Under the pieces are notes generated by a model. It saw only the letters and a list, made by a program, of their open reading frames with translations. It was not told the DNA's origin and did no database searches. Of a stretch of DNA of 64,000 bases, positions 34,695 through 53,290 are shown piece after piece. Source of the stretch: the human T2T-CHM13v2.0 reference genome, Homo sapiens; assembly GCF_009914755.1 (NCBI RefSeq), contig NC_060930.1; one strand, written 5' to 3'. How positions within the stretch are numbered: the stretch's first letter is position 1; the number at the start of each line of letters is the position of its first letter. The translations under genes were made by a program, and so were the position numbers.

Positions 34695-34920
34695 CAAATA
34701 TAGAGGTTATTTTTATCCCAAGTCAAAAACATACTTTCACCTATTTTAAGATATAGTTTATAATATTTCACTATCTCTAAAAGTGAGATTCTTATATTGA
34801 ATGGCAATGTCACAGTTTAACAGGCAGCATTTTAAATTTCTCAGGCACTTTTTCTTTCAAAACAGTATATAAAATAATGATGGTGTGTTCCTAATGCCCA
34901 GTTCCAATTTCTGAATGCCA

Positions 34921-35393
<473 letters not shown>

Positions 35394-35995
35394 TAATATA
35401 AACATGCCAAATCTGGGGCAATTTGAATATTAAACTACGTGTTATTCTTACCCCAAACATTCACTTTTCAATCATGAAAGAAAAAAATGCCCAGAACTTT
35501 TCTAGATTAAAGGTAAATCAAGACACATGTTTTAACTAAATGCAATATCATGTAGTTGATTAGGTCCTAGTCTTTAATTGGCTCTAGGACCAACAGAAAT
35601 AAAACAGCAATTAAAGGACAGTCTGGGGATAATGGGGAAATCTGAATATGGACCATGTCGTTATTATATCATGTCAAATTTCTTGGGTATGATAGCTGTA
35701 TTGTGGGGATGCAAAGGAATGTCTTTTTTCTTAAGGGACACATGGAGAAGAATTAAGGAAATCCAGTTGTTTGCATTTTAACTTTCAAATGGTACAGAAG
35801 AAAATGAATATGCATACATATGTACATTATGTAGTGAAGAATACATGATTGTTCAAAAGTTTTTTACACAGAGTATTTTTTAAGTTGGAAGAAAAATAAC
35901 AGTGTTTCTCACCACCAGTGGCATCTTAGATTTGATAAAAATATAACATGGCTTTGAAATCAGTAAATATATACTATTCCTTGCTTGTTACTTAC

Positions 35996-36094
35996 AGATG
36001 ATGGAGGTAGTACATTTGCCTCAGTAGATTTTACGATTGGAGATGAAAATTTAAACATGGGACTGCCAGTGCTGCTCGGAGAGGTCATTTGTAC
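35996..36094 (-). CDS. NUP153: NUP153 exon 13 (99 nt; VQMTSPS...VLPPSS)
   Basis: aaccAG acceptor, GTAAGT donor; translated by hand. Confidence 0.94.
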
Positions 36095-36392
36095 CTGGTT
36101 TTCCAAATTATTAAGAAATGATACAAAAAGAGCTTTTTAGAAAAATAAAGTGACAAAAAAGACATTAAGCAAACTGATTATTCCAAAGACACTAAGTATT
36201 TTTTCCTTTTAAATTTAAAAATCTCACTTTAAATTCTGAAAAACACAGAACTGTGTTATAAAATGTGGCTTCCTCTAAGGAGTACACACAATCTTAGAGG
36301 TGGATATTTGTATAAAAAAGTAAAGTAACATCTATAAGAATATGTTCAGAAGAAGTGAAAGCAAGAAAGCAAGTATTAAAATTTCAGGAGCA

Positions 36393-37003
<611 letters not shown>

Positions 37004-37351
37004 ATTCAGGAGCACATTAAAAGATGTTACGCCTAGCTGAGAAGTAAAAACATGAAACATTGAGTGCACTCCTACCCAAAAAGCATCTTACTGGAAACAT
37101 TATTTGGAAACAAATTTACAAGAATATCCTTCTCTATGGTATTGCATAAGAGTTGAGGAACACTCCATTATAATGTATCCAAGATATTTGTACATTTTTT
37201 TAAAAAAGCAAAACAGCATTTCCATTTCTCTGTTTACTATGTTATTAATTTCCATAATGAAAATTAAACACTGTTTATAATATAGGGTTTTTTTTAAATA
37301 AAGAATTAAGAAAGAACAAATGTCACCTGTATTTATATAATGGTTTTGTAC

Positions 37352-37489
37352 CTTGTTTGTTAATGCTTGAGACGAATTGATGGGTGATGGAGAGGAAGTT
37401 GTGATCTCAGGGGAACTAAAATTAAAGGTAGGCAGTGAAGAACTGGTGATCGGTAGAGAGATTTTCGGTAATACTGGAACTTCCATTTC
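37352..37489 (-). CDS. NUP153: NUP153 exon 12 (138 nt; EMEVPVLPK...QALTNK)
   Basis: ttttAG acceptor, AAG|GTACAA donor; ORF 37100..37486. Confidence 0.95.
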
Positions 37490-37574
37490 CTAAAACATAA
37501 CATGTTGCATGATATATTTCATCTTTCACATCATTCTTTTATCTCTACTTATTTTCAGCATGAAAGTATACAGG

Positions 37575-37785
37575 AAGAAGATGGTACCATGTAGTGTTAA
37601 CATTATGGGTTCTTCAATCAGAAAAACTGAACATGATTTTTAATCCCAGCTGTGCCACCAACCAGCCATTTGACTTGGGGAACCTAACTGCCTTCTGTAC
37701 CAATTTCCTAATTGGTAAAACTGAGGGAAAAAAGATAGTAATTCTTACGATATACTACAGTTGTTGTACTAATATGAAACATAAA
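37575..37785 (+). mobile_element. MIR fragment
   Basis: aatcccagctgtgccac...tgacttggggaacctaact...aatttcctaattggtaaaa. Confidence 0.55.
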
Positions 37786-37793
37786 GTTATATA

Positions 37794-38122
37794 TAGTAGC
37801 CTACCTTATCCATGGTTTCAATTTCCAGTTTCCCTGACCCATGGTCAACCATGATCCAAAGATATTATATACAATAAGATATTTTGAGAGAGAAAGAGAC
37901 TACATTCATATAACCTTTATTACATTATAGTGTTATAATTGTTCTATTTTATTGTTGTTGTTAATCTCTGACTGTGCCTACTTATAAATTAAATTTCATC
38001 ATAGATATGTATGTATAAGAAAAAACACAGTATATACAGGGTTCAATATTATCTGCAGTTTCAGGTATGACCTGGGATTCTTGGAACATATCCCTTGCAG
38101 ATAAGGGGGTGAGGGGGAGCAT
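37794..38122. mobile_element. MER44-like (Tigger7) DNA transposon remnant
   Basis: tagtagcctaccttatccatggtttc...ttggaacatatcccttgcagataagggg termini. Confidence 0.7.
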
Positions 38123-39231
38123 TATATGGTCTTGGCATGTGAAACAAGCATTTAGTAACTGTCAGTACTGAGGAGTCTGGAGAGCCACTTTGATTTTTAA
38201 CCCAACTGAACAAAGAGCACCCTAAGTCTCCAATGATCCCTAGATAAAGAACAAACAAAATGAGTTCCACTTGTGCTAAACGCAGAGTAGCTTCTACCTG
38301 ATAAACGTTTAGATATATGATAAACTCTGGAAAAAAGTATAAAGAAACAATCATCTGAAGGCACAAGAGCAACCAAAAGCAAGAAGAAACTGGATGGGAG
38401 AGGACACTTGGAAAATGGGAAGGGCACTGAGTAAGCTTCCTGTTCTCTTCATGAGTTGCTGCCACTGAATACCTGAAGTTCTGAGAGAAAACAGCAAACG
38501 TGTTAACTGAACAATCAGCCAGAAAAGGAGGTGAGATGCAGAAATGAAGAGCCACAGAAAGGGAACCTCAAAGTCTACATATAAGCCACCCGAATCTCTG
38601 GTGGACCTGTAAACTACACAGCTGTAAGGCAGACTCCAAGCTGCCAAAGAAAACTAAAAAGTTTCAGCTGCTGCCTACCACAGGGGAGACAGAATGAGTT
38701 CAGAGAAGTCCATTGCCAGCTAAAATAATTTGAATACTTCAAATGGATGCAGTTTATTGCAAATAAATCACAGCTCAATAAAATTGATCCAAAAGCCCAA
38801 AGCAAAATAAAGGCACTTCCAGATAAAACAAAGAATCTACTTCTATAAAACCTGCTCTACAAGTTCTTCATGCTGAAAGGAAATGTTACCAAATGAAAAT
38901 TCAGATTTCAGAAAGACATGAGGAATATGTGAGCAAACAAAAACTTTTTTCTCTTAATTTCCTTAAAATATATTTAACTATATAAAGCAAAAAGTACACA
39001 TTGAATTTACAGCCTCTCCAGATGTAATACAAGTAAGTACAGCATAAATGCCAGGGAAGACAGGTAGTAAATCTAACTACACAGCTGCAATCTTGTTATT
39101 TTTACAGGATGTGGTATGAAAGTAACATAAAGTAATCTGAAAAACATTATGGAAGACACAGAAATCCCAAGAGAAACCACTAAATAGTGCAAAAGAGGGA
39201 GAGTTAAAAATCTAACAAATAAATTAAAATG

Positions 39232-39510
39232 ACTTGTAATCCTAGCACTTTGGGAGGCCAAGGCAGGACAGCTTGAGGCCAAGAGTTCGAGACCAGTCTG
39301 GGCAACACAGCAAGACCCCGTCTCTATAAAAACTAAACAAACAAAAAACTAGCCAGGTGCAGTGGCATGCCTGTAGTCCCAGTACCTGGGAGGCTGAGGT
39401 GGGAGAATGGCCTGAGTCCAGGAGTTCGAGGCTGTACTGGGCCATGACTGTGCCACTGCACTCCATCCTGGGTGACAGCAAGAACCCATCTCAAAAAACA
39501 AAAACAAAAC
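39232..39510 (+). mobile_element. AluJ
   Basis: J-type consensus. Confidence 0.85.
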
Positions 39511-40003
39511 CAATAAAAACAGAATTATAATAATAAATATTAAATAATTAAATAATAAATATTCCCTTAACCCCCAAATGGCAGCTTTCAAAAGGAACAA
39601 CAGAAAACAGTGGATGAATGATAGCCCTCATTCCAACCATATCAAAAATTATATTAACTATAAATGGATTTGGTGTTCCAATTAAAACACAGAAAATGGA
39701 CAGAAAGGCAAAACTCAGTTATATGTTGTTTACCTGAGACCTACTTTAAATATAAACATGGACAGGCTCAAAGTATATGAATGGAAAAAGATATGCCCTG
39801 AAACTACTAAGCATAAGAAGGCTTATTCCAGTAAGAGTGGCTGTATTAATACCAAAGTAGATTTCAAAACAAAAAATATTTCCAAAAGTTTTTTTTAAAA
39901 GGACACTTAATAATATTAAAAGGACAAATCACTATGGAGCCATAGAATAAATGTAAAGTGTATGCTCTCATGAGGGCCTCAAAATCCATGAAACAAAAAT
40001 TGA

Positions 40004-40265
40004 GGTTAGGCATGGTAGCACATACCTGTAATCTCAGCACTTTGAGAGGCCAAGATGGGATGATCGCTTGAGCGCAGGAGCTCGAGATCAGCTTGGGCAA
40101 TACGGTGAGACCTTGTCTCTACAAATAATTTTAAAAATTGGCGAGGTATGATGGCACATGCCTGTGGTCCCAGCTACTTGGGAGGCTCAGGTGGCCACGC
40201 CACTGCACTCCAGCCTGGGTGACAGAGTGACATCTCATCTCAAAAATAAATAAATAAATAAATAA
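40004..40265 (+). mobile_element. AluJ (right arm internally deleted); hosts the cassette exon
   Basis: J-type left arm; (AAAT)n tail. Confidence 0.87.
40026..40118 (-). CDS. NUP153: Alu-derived alternative cassette exon of NUP153 (93 nt; RQGLTVLPKLISSSCAQAIIPSWPLKVLRLQ)
   Basis: Antisense AluJ left arm with tttgtAG acceptor and CAG|GTATGT donor; 31 stop-free codons in phase 0, matching intron 11 phase; size fits a 31-aa-longer isoform I recall. Confidence 0.75.
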
Positions 40266-40932
40266 CCAAGGGGATAAGACAAATTCACCAAATAAAAGTT
40301 GGCAATTTTAACCCCCATCTCTCAATAATTTAACAGGCTAACCATACCCTCCCTCCCCATGAAAAATGAATAAGAACAAAGATCTAATACTATCAGCTTA
40401 CTTCTACAGATCACTATACCCAACAACTACAGAATATATTTTCTTTAAGAATTATCAAGCAGACCATACAGTGAACTATAAAACAAGTCTCAATACATTT
40501 CAAAACACTGAAGTCATAATCTCAATCTTTTTCTAATCACAATGAAATTATATTAGAAATCAATACCCTCCCCCCCAAATATTAGGAAATTCAATACATT
40601 TCTAAATAATCCATGGGTCAAATACAAAAATCAAAAGAAATTAGAAAAACTATAAAAGCAAAATTACAATGCTTCTAGAAGCAAGCACAGGAAACTATCT
40701 TTGTAGCCCGGGGACAGGCAAAATTTTCTTAGGACACAAAGAAGAATAAAAATATTAGAAAAAAAAATCCAGTCTTCATAAAATTTAGAACATCTGCCAA
40801 TCAAAAGATATCATTAAGAAAATGAGTAGGCAAGCAACACTGGGAAAAAAATATTTGTTAAGAAATGTATCTGACAAAGTACCTAGGTCCAAAATTTATA
40901 AAGACCTCCTAAAACTCAGTAAGAAGACAGCT

Positions 40933-41467
<535 letters not shown>

Positions 41468-42516
41468 TCACAAAAAAAGATACACAAATGGCCAATGAGC
41501 ACATAAAAAAGAACACAATACTATTAGTCATCAAGGAAATGCAAATTAAAATTACAATGAGATACCACCACACACAAACCAGAATGACTAAAATTTAAAA
41601 GATGACTATCAACTATTGGTAAGGATACAAACTAAATAAAATGTTCATACACTGCTAAGAGGGATATAAAATGGCACACTTTAGAAAACAGTATGATGGC
41701 TCCTTAGAAAGTTAAACATACAACTTAGCACCTCTTCTTCCAGGTATTTACCCCAGAGAAATAAATTTATTTACAAAAAGACCTGAACAAGAATGTTCCT
41801 AGTAGCTTTACTCACAATAGCCAGGGACAAAAGGATACATAGTGAGTAACTATATGAAGTTGCAGAACAAGTGAAACCAATACATGGTGGAAAAAATGAG
41901 AACAGTGATTGCCTCTGGGGTAGGAGGTGACGGCAACTGACTGAGAAGGAGGACAACTGAAATTTCTAGGATGATAGAAATATTCAATCTCTTGATAGAG
42001 CTTGCATTACACAGATGTAAGCATTTGTCAAATTTATTAAATGGCACACCTAAGAATTTAACATTTCACTATATGTCAATTTTGCTATGTTATAAAAAGA
42101 ACAACAAATATTTAACTCTACTTCACGCTATGTATGCTGACGTATTTGGGGGTGAAGTGTACTAATGTCTTCAACTATCTTTAAAATGCACCAAAAAATA
42201 AAAAAAGATGGACAGGTAAATTTTTCTTTTTTGATAAAGCAAATGTAACACAAAATGTTGGAATCTAACTGCTACTGTGTGTATACGCTGCACAGTTCTT
42301 TCAACATTTCATGTTTGAAATTTGTCATAATCAACTGAGGGAGGAGGAACAAACAAAAGATGCATCTGGCTATTTTTGTAGGGAAGCTTCTCTTCTCTGT
42401 CCAACCTCCAGCGTAGAACCCTAAAAACATCAACTATATAATCTACTCTCTCATGCCAACTCCTTAAGGCACACACTTGTCCACACTGGTTCCTTATATT
42501 ACTGACCTTGAACCAA

Positions 42517-42811
<295 letters not shown>

Positions 42812-42979
42812 GACCTTGAACCAATTCTATCATTTGATTTCTACTCCCCCAAATTTTGACTTAGTAGATCATAAGTGGGTCCCACTAATCTAAGAGGAAA
42901 AAAAAGCCAAGAATTCTGCTAACTTGATGCTTAGAGACATCTCAAGTAGAACACACATTTCACAATTCACTATCTAATA

Positions 42980-43260
42980 CCTTTGTAATATCCTTACATG
43001 GGTTATCTCATATGAGGTAGATACTATTGTTACATATGAAGAAAGTAAGGCAGGGAGATATATGGCATAATACCATACAGCTATTAAGTGGCAGAAATCT
43101 TACAGACATGAACACAATATTTATTCTTATTTCCATTTTACAGATAAAAAAACTGAGGAGGTACACAAGAGGTTAATTTGACCAAGGTCACCCAGCTAGT
43201 AAGTGGCAGGATTATACAAGACAAGAGCAAGCAATTAAGTCTCTCCAAACTCAAGTCTTC
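42980..43260 (-). mobile_element. MIR fragments
   Basis: ccattttacagataaaaaaactgagg...ccaaggtcacccagctagtaagtggcag core. Confidence 0.7.
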
Positions 43261-43550
43261 TTATATACTGCTACATGTTTTGTATACTGCTACATGTTTT
43301 GTATCAATGAGCTTTTTAACAACACACACAAAAAAACTCATGGATTGATTGGTAGGACAGTAAAAGCAAAAGGCCAATATATTTAATGACTACAATCCTT
43401 GCACATTTTAGAATCCAGGATAAGGTGAAAGGTAAAAGATCATTCCAAATGGGTAATTTTACATATAGAGTTCTATTAACCTGAATTTAATGGATCAGAA
43501 TACATCCATTCCTGCTAAATAGCAACACTATCTGAAATCAGTTAGCATAA

Positions 43551-43947
<397 letters not shown>

Positions 43948-43979
43948 ATCTTTTAATTTTTTACCAAAAATTCCCACTA

Positions 43980-44450
<471 letters not shown>

Positions 44451-44621
44451 TTAGTACCTCTTTCCTCAGAAATGTGGACATTATAACTTCAGGGTGGAAC
44501 AGAGCCAGTGATGGGAAGGACTGGGTGAAGAATCCTGTGACACAAAATTGGCAGTTGGCCAGAATGAAGAGAAGAGGCCCAAAGAGGGGAGGAGGTGATA
44601 CAAACATGAGTGAAGAGGAGT

Positions 44622-44812
44622 TTTTTTTATTTGTTATTTTTTTAAAGACAGAGTCTCCCCAGCTGGGGTGATCCTCCCACTTCAGCCTCCCTGGTAGCTG
44701 GGACCACAGGCGCTAACCACCATGCCTGGTTAATTTTTGTTATTTTTTTGTACACGTGGGGTTTTGCCATGTTGCTCAGGCTAATCTCAAACTCCTGGGC
44801 TCAAGCAAACCT
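44622..44812 (-). mobile_element. Partial AluJ
   Basis: Deleted Alu abutting LTR remnant. Confidence 0.75.
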
Positions 44813-44814
44813 CC

Positions 44815-45310
44815 AAACTTAGGGGGCACCAGGTTTTTGAAGAAAGGAAAGCTTTACTTAGATAACCAACAAGGAAGACAGGAGTCCAGCTCAAATCTGT
44901 CTCCCCGCAAATTGGCCTTAAGGTAGTATGTTTATTAGGAAAGGTTTAGGGGGTAGATTCTGGGGAAGGAAAGAGGAAGTCTGAAAAGTCCTTGGACGTG
45001 CACAGTTGTCTCTTCATGCCTCTTTATGGGCCACATGTGCAAATTCTGGAGTAGCTGGAATGAAATGTGGAAATTTGGGCTGTGATGTCAGCAAGCTCAG
45101 TCTGCACAGACTCTAGTTGGTCATATTAGTTCCAGCCAATTTCAGTCAGTTTTGTTATCTTGCAAGTGGAGAGGGCTTTAGCAAGCTGTTTCTTATCTGC
45201 CATCTTGTAAGTTCAAGAATACCTGTTAGCCACTGATTTCTTTAATTCTTTGGAGCATGGCTTCACCTTCAGCTTCAGTTTTTAAAAATAAAAGTTCTGA
45301 GATCTTCGGC
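44815..45310 (-). mobile_element. Probable ERV1-class solo LTR remnant (MER31/MER67-like)
   Basis: gacaggagtccagctcaaatctgtctcccc motif and LTR-like composition; subfamily and strand uncertain. Confidence 0.45.
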
Positions 45311-45451
45311 TGAAGCTCAGGTTGATTATTTATAGCTTAGTTTTGGCTGTCTTGCAGATACATGTTTGGTGTGACTTTGCTGTACTGAACAGTTTATTAA
45401 TATTAATAATATTTTGCTCTTATTTGTCCGGTATACTAAAAATTATTTTCT

Positions 45452-45770
45452 GGCTAGGCACAGTGACTCACACCTGTAATCCCAGCACTTTGGGAAGCAA
45501 GGCGGGTGGGGATCACTTAAGGCCAGGAGTTCGAGACCAGCCTGGACAACATGGCAAAACCCCGTCTCTACTAAAATAAAAAAATAAAAAAATAAAAAAA
45601 AAAAAAATAGCTAGCCTTGGTGGTGCATGCCTGTAATCCCAGCTACTTGGGAGGCTGAGACATGAGAATCACTTGAACTCAGAAGGTGGAGGGTGCCATG
45701 AGCCAAGATCGTGCACTCCAGCCTGGGCAACAAATAGAGTGAGACCCTGTCTCAAAAAAAACAAAACAAA
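45452..45770 (+). mobile_element. Alu
   Basis: Dimer with expanded A-rich linker. Confidence 0.88.
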
Positions 45771-45971
45771 ACCTGGTGCCATGGTATTGGCTTCTGTGCT
45801 CATCAGGCAGTAAGGGAAATGAGCAGTATCTATACAATGCATCATCTGGCAAATAAAGCTAACCTGTATTTTCCTCATACAGAGATAAACTTCACAAAAC
45901 ATGCTACAGATTTTACCAGGAAATGTAAAAACTTGTCAAAAAAAATAAGCTCATGGTATATGAATCAGATA

Positions 45972-47963
<1,992 letters not shown>

Positions 47964-49178
47964 CCAACCCGTTTCTTAAATATAATTAATAAAGAGCTTT
48001 AATGACAAAAGAAAATTGGTTTGCTACAAAACCTATAAAATTTATATACTGTTTGTATGATCAATGGCATTCAAGGTATTTCCTTTTCAGATAATGATAT
48101 ACAGTAATAGATTCCCTCCCTTCACAACACTCTAGTAGAGTGAGAAACAGAGACTAAAGGAAAGACAGAGCCTCCAGACCAGCAATAGAGCCAAGTCTAC
48201 TAACATAATCCCAAAGCTCATTACAAGTCAATTTATATGGCAGAAAGTGAAAACTGCCAAGGAGGTCATAATTCTGGTGAGCTATAGTACTGCTAGCTAG
48301 GAAAAGCATAGTTAAAAGGAAGCAAGGCATCACACTCCAAACCTGCAGAGCAAAATACCAATAGGCATGAAGAAATCTAAGACATCCAACAACTTCAACC
48401 AAAACATGATTTTGTTTCTGTCAATATAAATAGGAAAAGCATGTTTAAAAAGCTAAAAATATACTCCTAAAACTCATTGGTCAATGAGGGAGTCACTGGT
48501 GAAATTTTAATTAGAAACAAATGACAAATACAAGGACTATGTATCAAAACTCAAATGGTTAAGCTAAGCTGAAATGCATTTATAATACAACTAAAATGAG
48601 ACTTGCATTCAACTTAAAGTAGTTAGAAAAAAAGAGCAATATATAGACAGAAAGGTTAATGTAACCAATCTTAAATCTGTCCCTATCTTTTCCAAACATT
48701 TATGGTCAGAATATATAGAGAACTCTTTCTAATAATAAATTATATATACATATACATACATATTTCTTAATATACATATAAGAAATTATATATATATCCC
48801 TACAGGAAATAACCCCATAGGAAAAAAATGGATCAAGAGAAAACTCAAATGTCCAAAAAACACACAAAAGGATGCCCCAAGATCTATCTATTGTCATATG
48901 GTGGAAATGTTGAACTGCAAAACTATCTTGAAGAGAAAACATGGCAACATCTAATACAGCAGAAGATGTGGATCATCCCCTATAATCCAACAATTCCATT
49001 CCTAGATAAATACTCTAGAGAAAATACTGCACGTGTGCAGACAGAAAAGTGCATATTCACTTTAATGTGTATTAGAAATCTACCAAAATGTATCCTGATG
49101 GCAGAATGGATTACGGTAAATCTTCAAACTGGATAAATATATAAGCAGTGAAATTAAAAAACTTACAGTTACCTTTCA

Positions 49179-49529
<351 letters not shown>

Positions 49530-49844
49530 TTAATCCTATTTATGAACTTATTTACGTATGTTTTACAAACAGACAAAACTATACAGTAATACCAAGGGTC
49601 AAATAATTTCAATTGCAATTCCCTTATTTGAAAAAGTATGGGTAGTTTTGTTTTGTTCTATGATACCCATGAAATTTAAGGTACTAGATTAGGTTTTCAG
49701 CATACATTTTGAAAGAACTGATTCAATAGCAGATTAATTTTGCTCTGGGTCTCTTCGAACCCCACCCCTACAGGTCTCCCCTTACCACCACCACACCAAT
49801 GCTTTTTAAATAAACCTCAAGAGTATATGAGTATACAACCCTAC

Positions 49845-49971
49845 CTCCTCCTCCAGAGGTTTAGAAGCAACAAAGCGTGTTCTTTCTCGTCTCATCTTGC
49901 CACCTCCACCACCTACTCCAGAAGATAAACCATTGGCTGCAGGCAAACTGAAATTTGGATATGAAAAGCCA
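49845..49971 (-). CDS. NUP153: NUP153 exon 11 (127 nt; GFSYPNF...GGGGGKMRRER...PLEEE)
   Basis: ttgccAG acceptor, GAG|GTAGGG donor; ORF 49806..50021. Confidence 0.95.
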
Positions 49972-50209
49972 CTGGCAAATAAAAAGAAAATTAAAACAAC
50001 TGATATATTATTGTGGTCCATAACTTGTTAACTAGAACTGCTAACAAGTAAAAAAAAAATATACAGCTGAACGTGATTCTAAAATCTTAGATTTCTTTAT
50101 ATAAAGTTTCTGTTCTTTGATTTTAATCTTCAAAAAGGTACATGTAAATTAAATACAGACCTTACAAGTTAAATATAAAGAAGTATAGCTGTATAAGAAA
50201 TGACAGTAC

Positions 50210-50262
50210 CTTTCTCGTTGTTCTCTATTTTGTCCGGGTGTCATATTTTTTTCATATCCAGT
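50210..50262 (-). CDS. NUP153: NUP153 exon 10 (53 nt; TGYEKNMTPGQNREQRE)
   Basis: cctgcAG acceptor, AG|GTACTG donor. Confidence 0.94.
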
Positions 50263-51424
50263 CTGCAGGGGAAATACACACATATTTACGTTTGCTTATT
50301 TGTTGTAATTTTCTTAGTACCACCTTGCTTCCTATTAATTTTAATATTTAGAATCAGGAATTTGATGGCTTTTTAGTTAATGAATCCTGAAATTTGAAAT
50401 TACACCCTGCCTTCTGAATGGTAACCAAGAGTTACAGTGAGATTATATATATGAAAAATGTCAGTGAGCACAATCATTATTTTAATAAAATGGTAGTATA
50501 CAGACAATACACTCACTAACCTAACCACAAAATTACTTTACTTATCCCTCTTTTTGTCCTGTTAATTGTGCAACCAAATATACAAAGCTATTCCTTTCGA
50601 AATAGCTCCCTACAACTTAAAGAATTAATACTTCCACTGAAAGGAATCAAGACTTCTTGGAAAAATGGCTGATTACAGGGCTGGGGCAGGAAATGCATGT
50701 GATGAGCCTGAATTATCTTATAATATCAAAAACCAATTAAGTGCTCAAAAAGATACAGGCAAGAATCATCAATAATGCTAACACTAGTGGCTGAAAAGAA
50801 TATAATTGGGAAGTTTCCTTCCCACAAAATACTTATTCATTACGAAAGGTAAAATAGTAATTTTATAGTAGAGAATCCTCACAGACACCACTTTATGTAA
50901 TAACCACACTGCCAGGAATGGGACAAACTGGTAGCCTGTGCCTTCTGAACAGTGAGAACAGCTCAGCACACTCCCTCAACGGTCTTCACTGCCAAAAGTA
51001 GGTAACTGAAATCTAATCATGAGGAAACATCAGACAATCATAAAACTGCAGAACATTCTACAAAATAACTGGCTTCTATACTTCAAAATTATCAATATTG
51101 TGAAACACAAAACAACAAGAACAAAAAACAAAAGGAACTGTTCTAGACTAAAGGAGATGAAGAGACATGACAACTAAATGCAAGACATGATGTTAGAATT
51201 TCTTCTTTTAGGCCAAGTGACAACATGTAAATAGAATCTGTAGATTACAGTGTTGTGCCAATGTTAAGTTTCTGGGTTTGACCACTGCTATGCATTATGT
51301 AAGGGAACTCCTTGTTAATAAGAACACAGAGAAAAAGATAGAGCAAATGTAGTAAAATGTGAAGTTCATGAAATTTTTCTTGCAAATCTGTAGAAGTCCA
51401 ATATTATGCTAAAAAGAAAAAAAT

Positions 51425-51463
<39 letters not shown>
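51425..51463 (+). repeat. (CA)n(TA)n compound microsatellite at Alu tail
   Basis: Directly visible. Confidence 0.9.
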
Positions 51464-51464
<1 letters not shown>

Positions 51465-51745
51465 TTTGAGTCAGGGTCTTACTCTCTCACCCAAGCCAGA
51501 GTGCAGTGGTGCTATCACAGTTCACTTTAGCCTCGAACTCCTGGGCTCTCACGTGATCCTCCTACCGCAACCTCCTGCCTTGCTAGGATTACAGACACGC
51601 ACCACCACATCTGGCTAATTTTTTTATTTCTTCTAGAGATAAGGTCTTGCTATGGTGCCTGGGCTAGTCTTGAATTCCTGGACTCAAGTGATCCTTCTGC
51701 CTGAGCCTCTCAAAGCACTGGGATTATAGGCATGAGCCACCATGA
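51464..51745 (-). mobile_element. AluJ
   Basis: J-type consensus. Confidence 0.85.
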
Positions 51746-52915
51746 TCACACTATGTTCAAAATATTTTTCAAAATTTTAATGTTAACTTAAAAGTATGGA
51801 GGGAGATAAAGCAAATATGACAAAATGTTAATGACTGGTGAATCAACATAAAGAAATACATGGCAAATCACTGTACTAATCTTTCTAAGTTTCAAGGTTT
51901 TCAATAAATTGAGTTGTTAGAAATGAGATAAAATATAACTAAAGGCATAAACAATAAGGTGTTAAGTAAACAAAATAAATACAAGTTAAATGACACAAAA
52001 AACCAGACAAACCCAGATTATGGGACATTTTATAAGACAACTGGCCTGGTCTCTTCAAAAACCTATGATCCAGCAATTCTATTTCTAGGTATAAACCCAA
52101 GAGAAATAAAAACATGTCCACACACACAAACACACAAAAAAACACTTATACATAAATGTTGACAGGAGCATTATTCATTACAGCCAAAAAGTAAAACCAA
52201 CCCCAATGTCCTTCAAGTGATTAATGGATAAAACAAAATCTAGTATATCCATACAATGAAATATCTACAAAATCTAGTATTCCTTACAATGAAATATTAT
52301 TCAGCCATAAAAAGGGAAAAAATGAAGTACTGATACATACTACGACGTGAATGAACCTTGAAAACACTATGCTAAGTGGCTACTGACGGGTATGGGTATG
52401 AGATTTTCAAAGGGTGGGAGAGATGGTAATACAAATGTTCTAAAATTTACCATTATGATGGCTTAACAGTTGAACAACTCACAGACACCACTTTATTTAT
52501 AAAGTGTTTTCCAAACATGCTAAAACCACTGAATTGAAAACTTTAAATAGGAGAATTGTATGATATGTGAATTATCTCAAGAAACAGAAACCAATGTGGC
52601 CAGGGTGAGGGTTTGAGGTCTGGAAAAACAAAACCAAAAGCAGTATCTGAACCTTGCTCGAGTCCTGGTTCAAAAAAGCAATTATGAAAAACGTTTCAAT
52701 ATGGACTGGATATTAGATAATTTTAAGGAATTAGAATTAATTTTCTTAGATGGGATAATATAGGACAAAGTACTTAGGAGATGCATATCAAAGTACTTAG
52801 GGTTCAAAAGATAATGTCTGAAATTTACTTGCAGATAGTTCAACACCACCACATGAAAGAAACAGATAAAGCAAATCCGGCAAAATTATGTAACCTAAAC
52901 AATGGGTACATGCTA

Positions 52916-53290
<375 letters not shown>

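Noticed and set aside
38061-38647. 164-aa and 98-aa minus-strand ORFs
   Set aside because: Antisense to old L1/MER sequence, low-complexity hydrophobic composition, no splice-compatible link to NUP153
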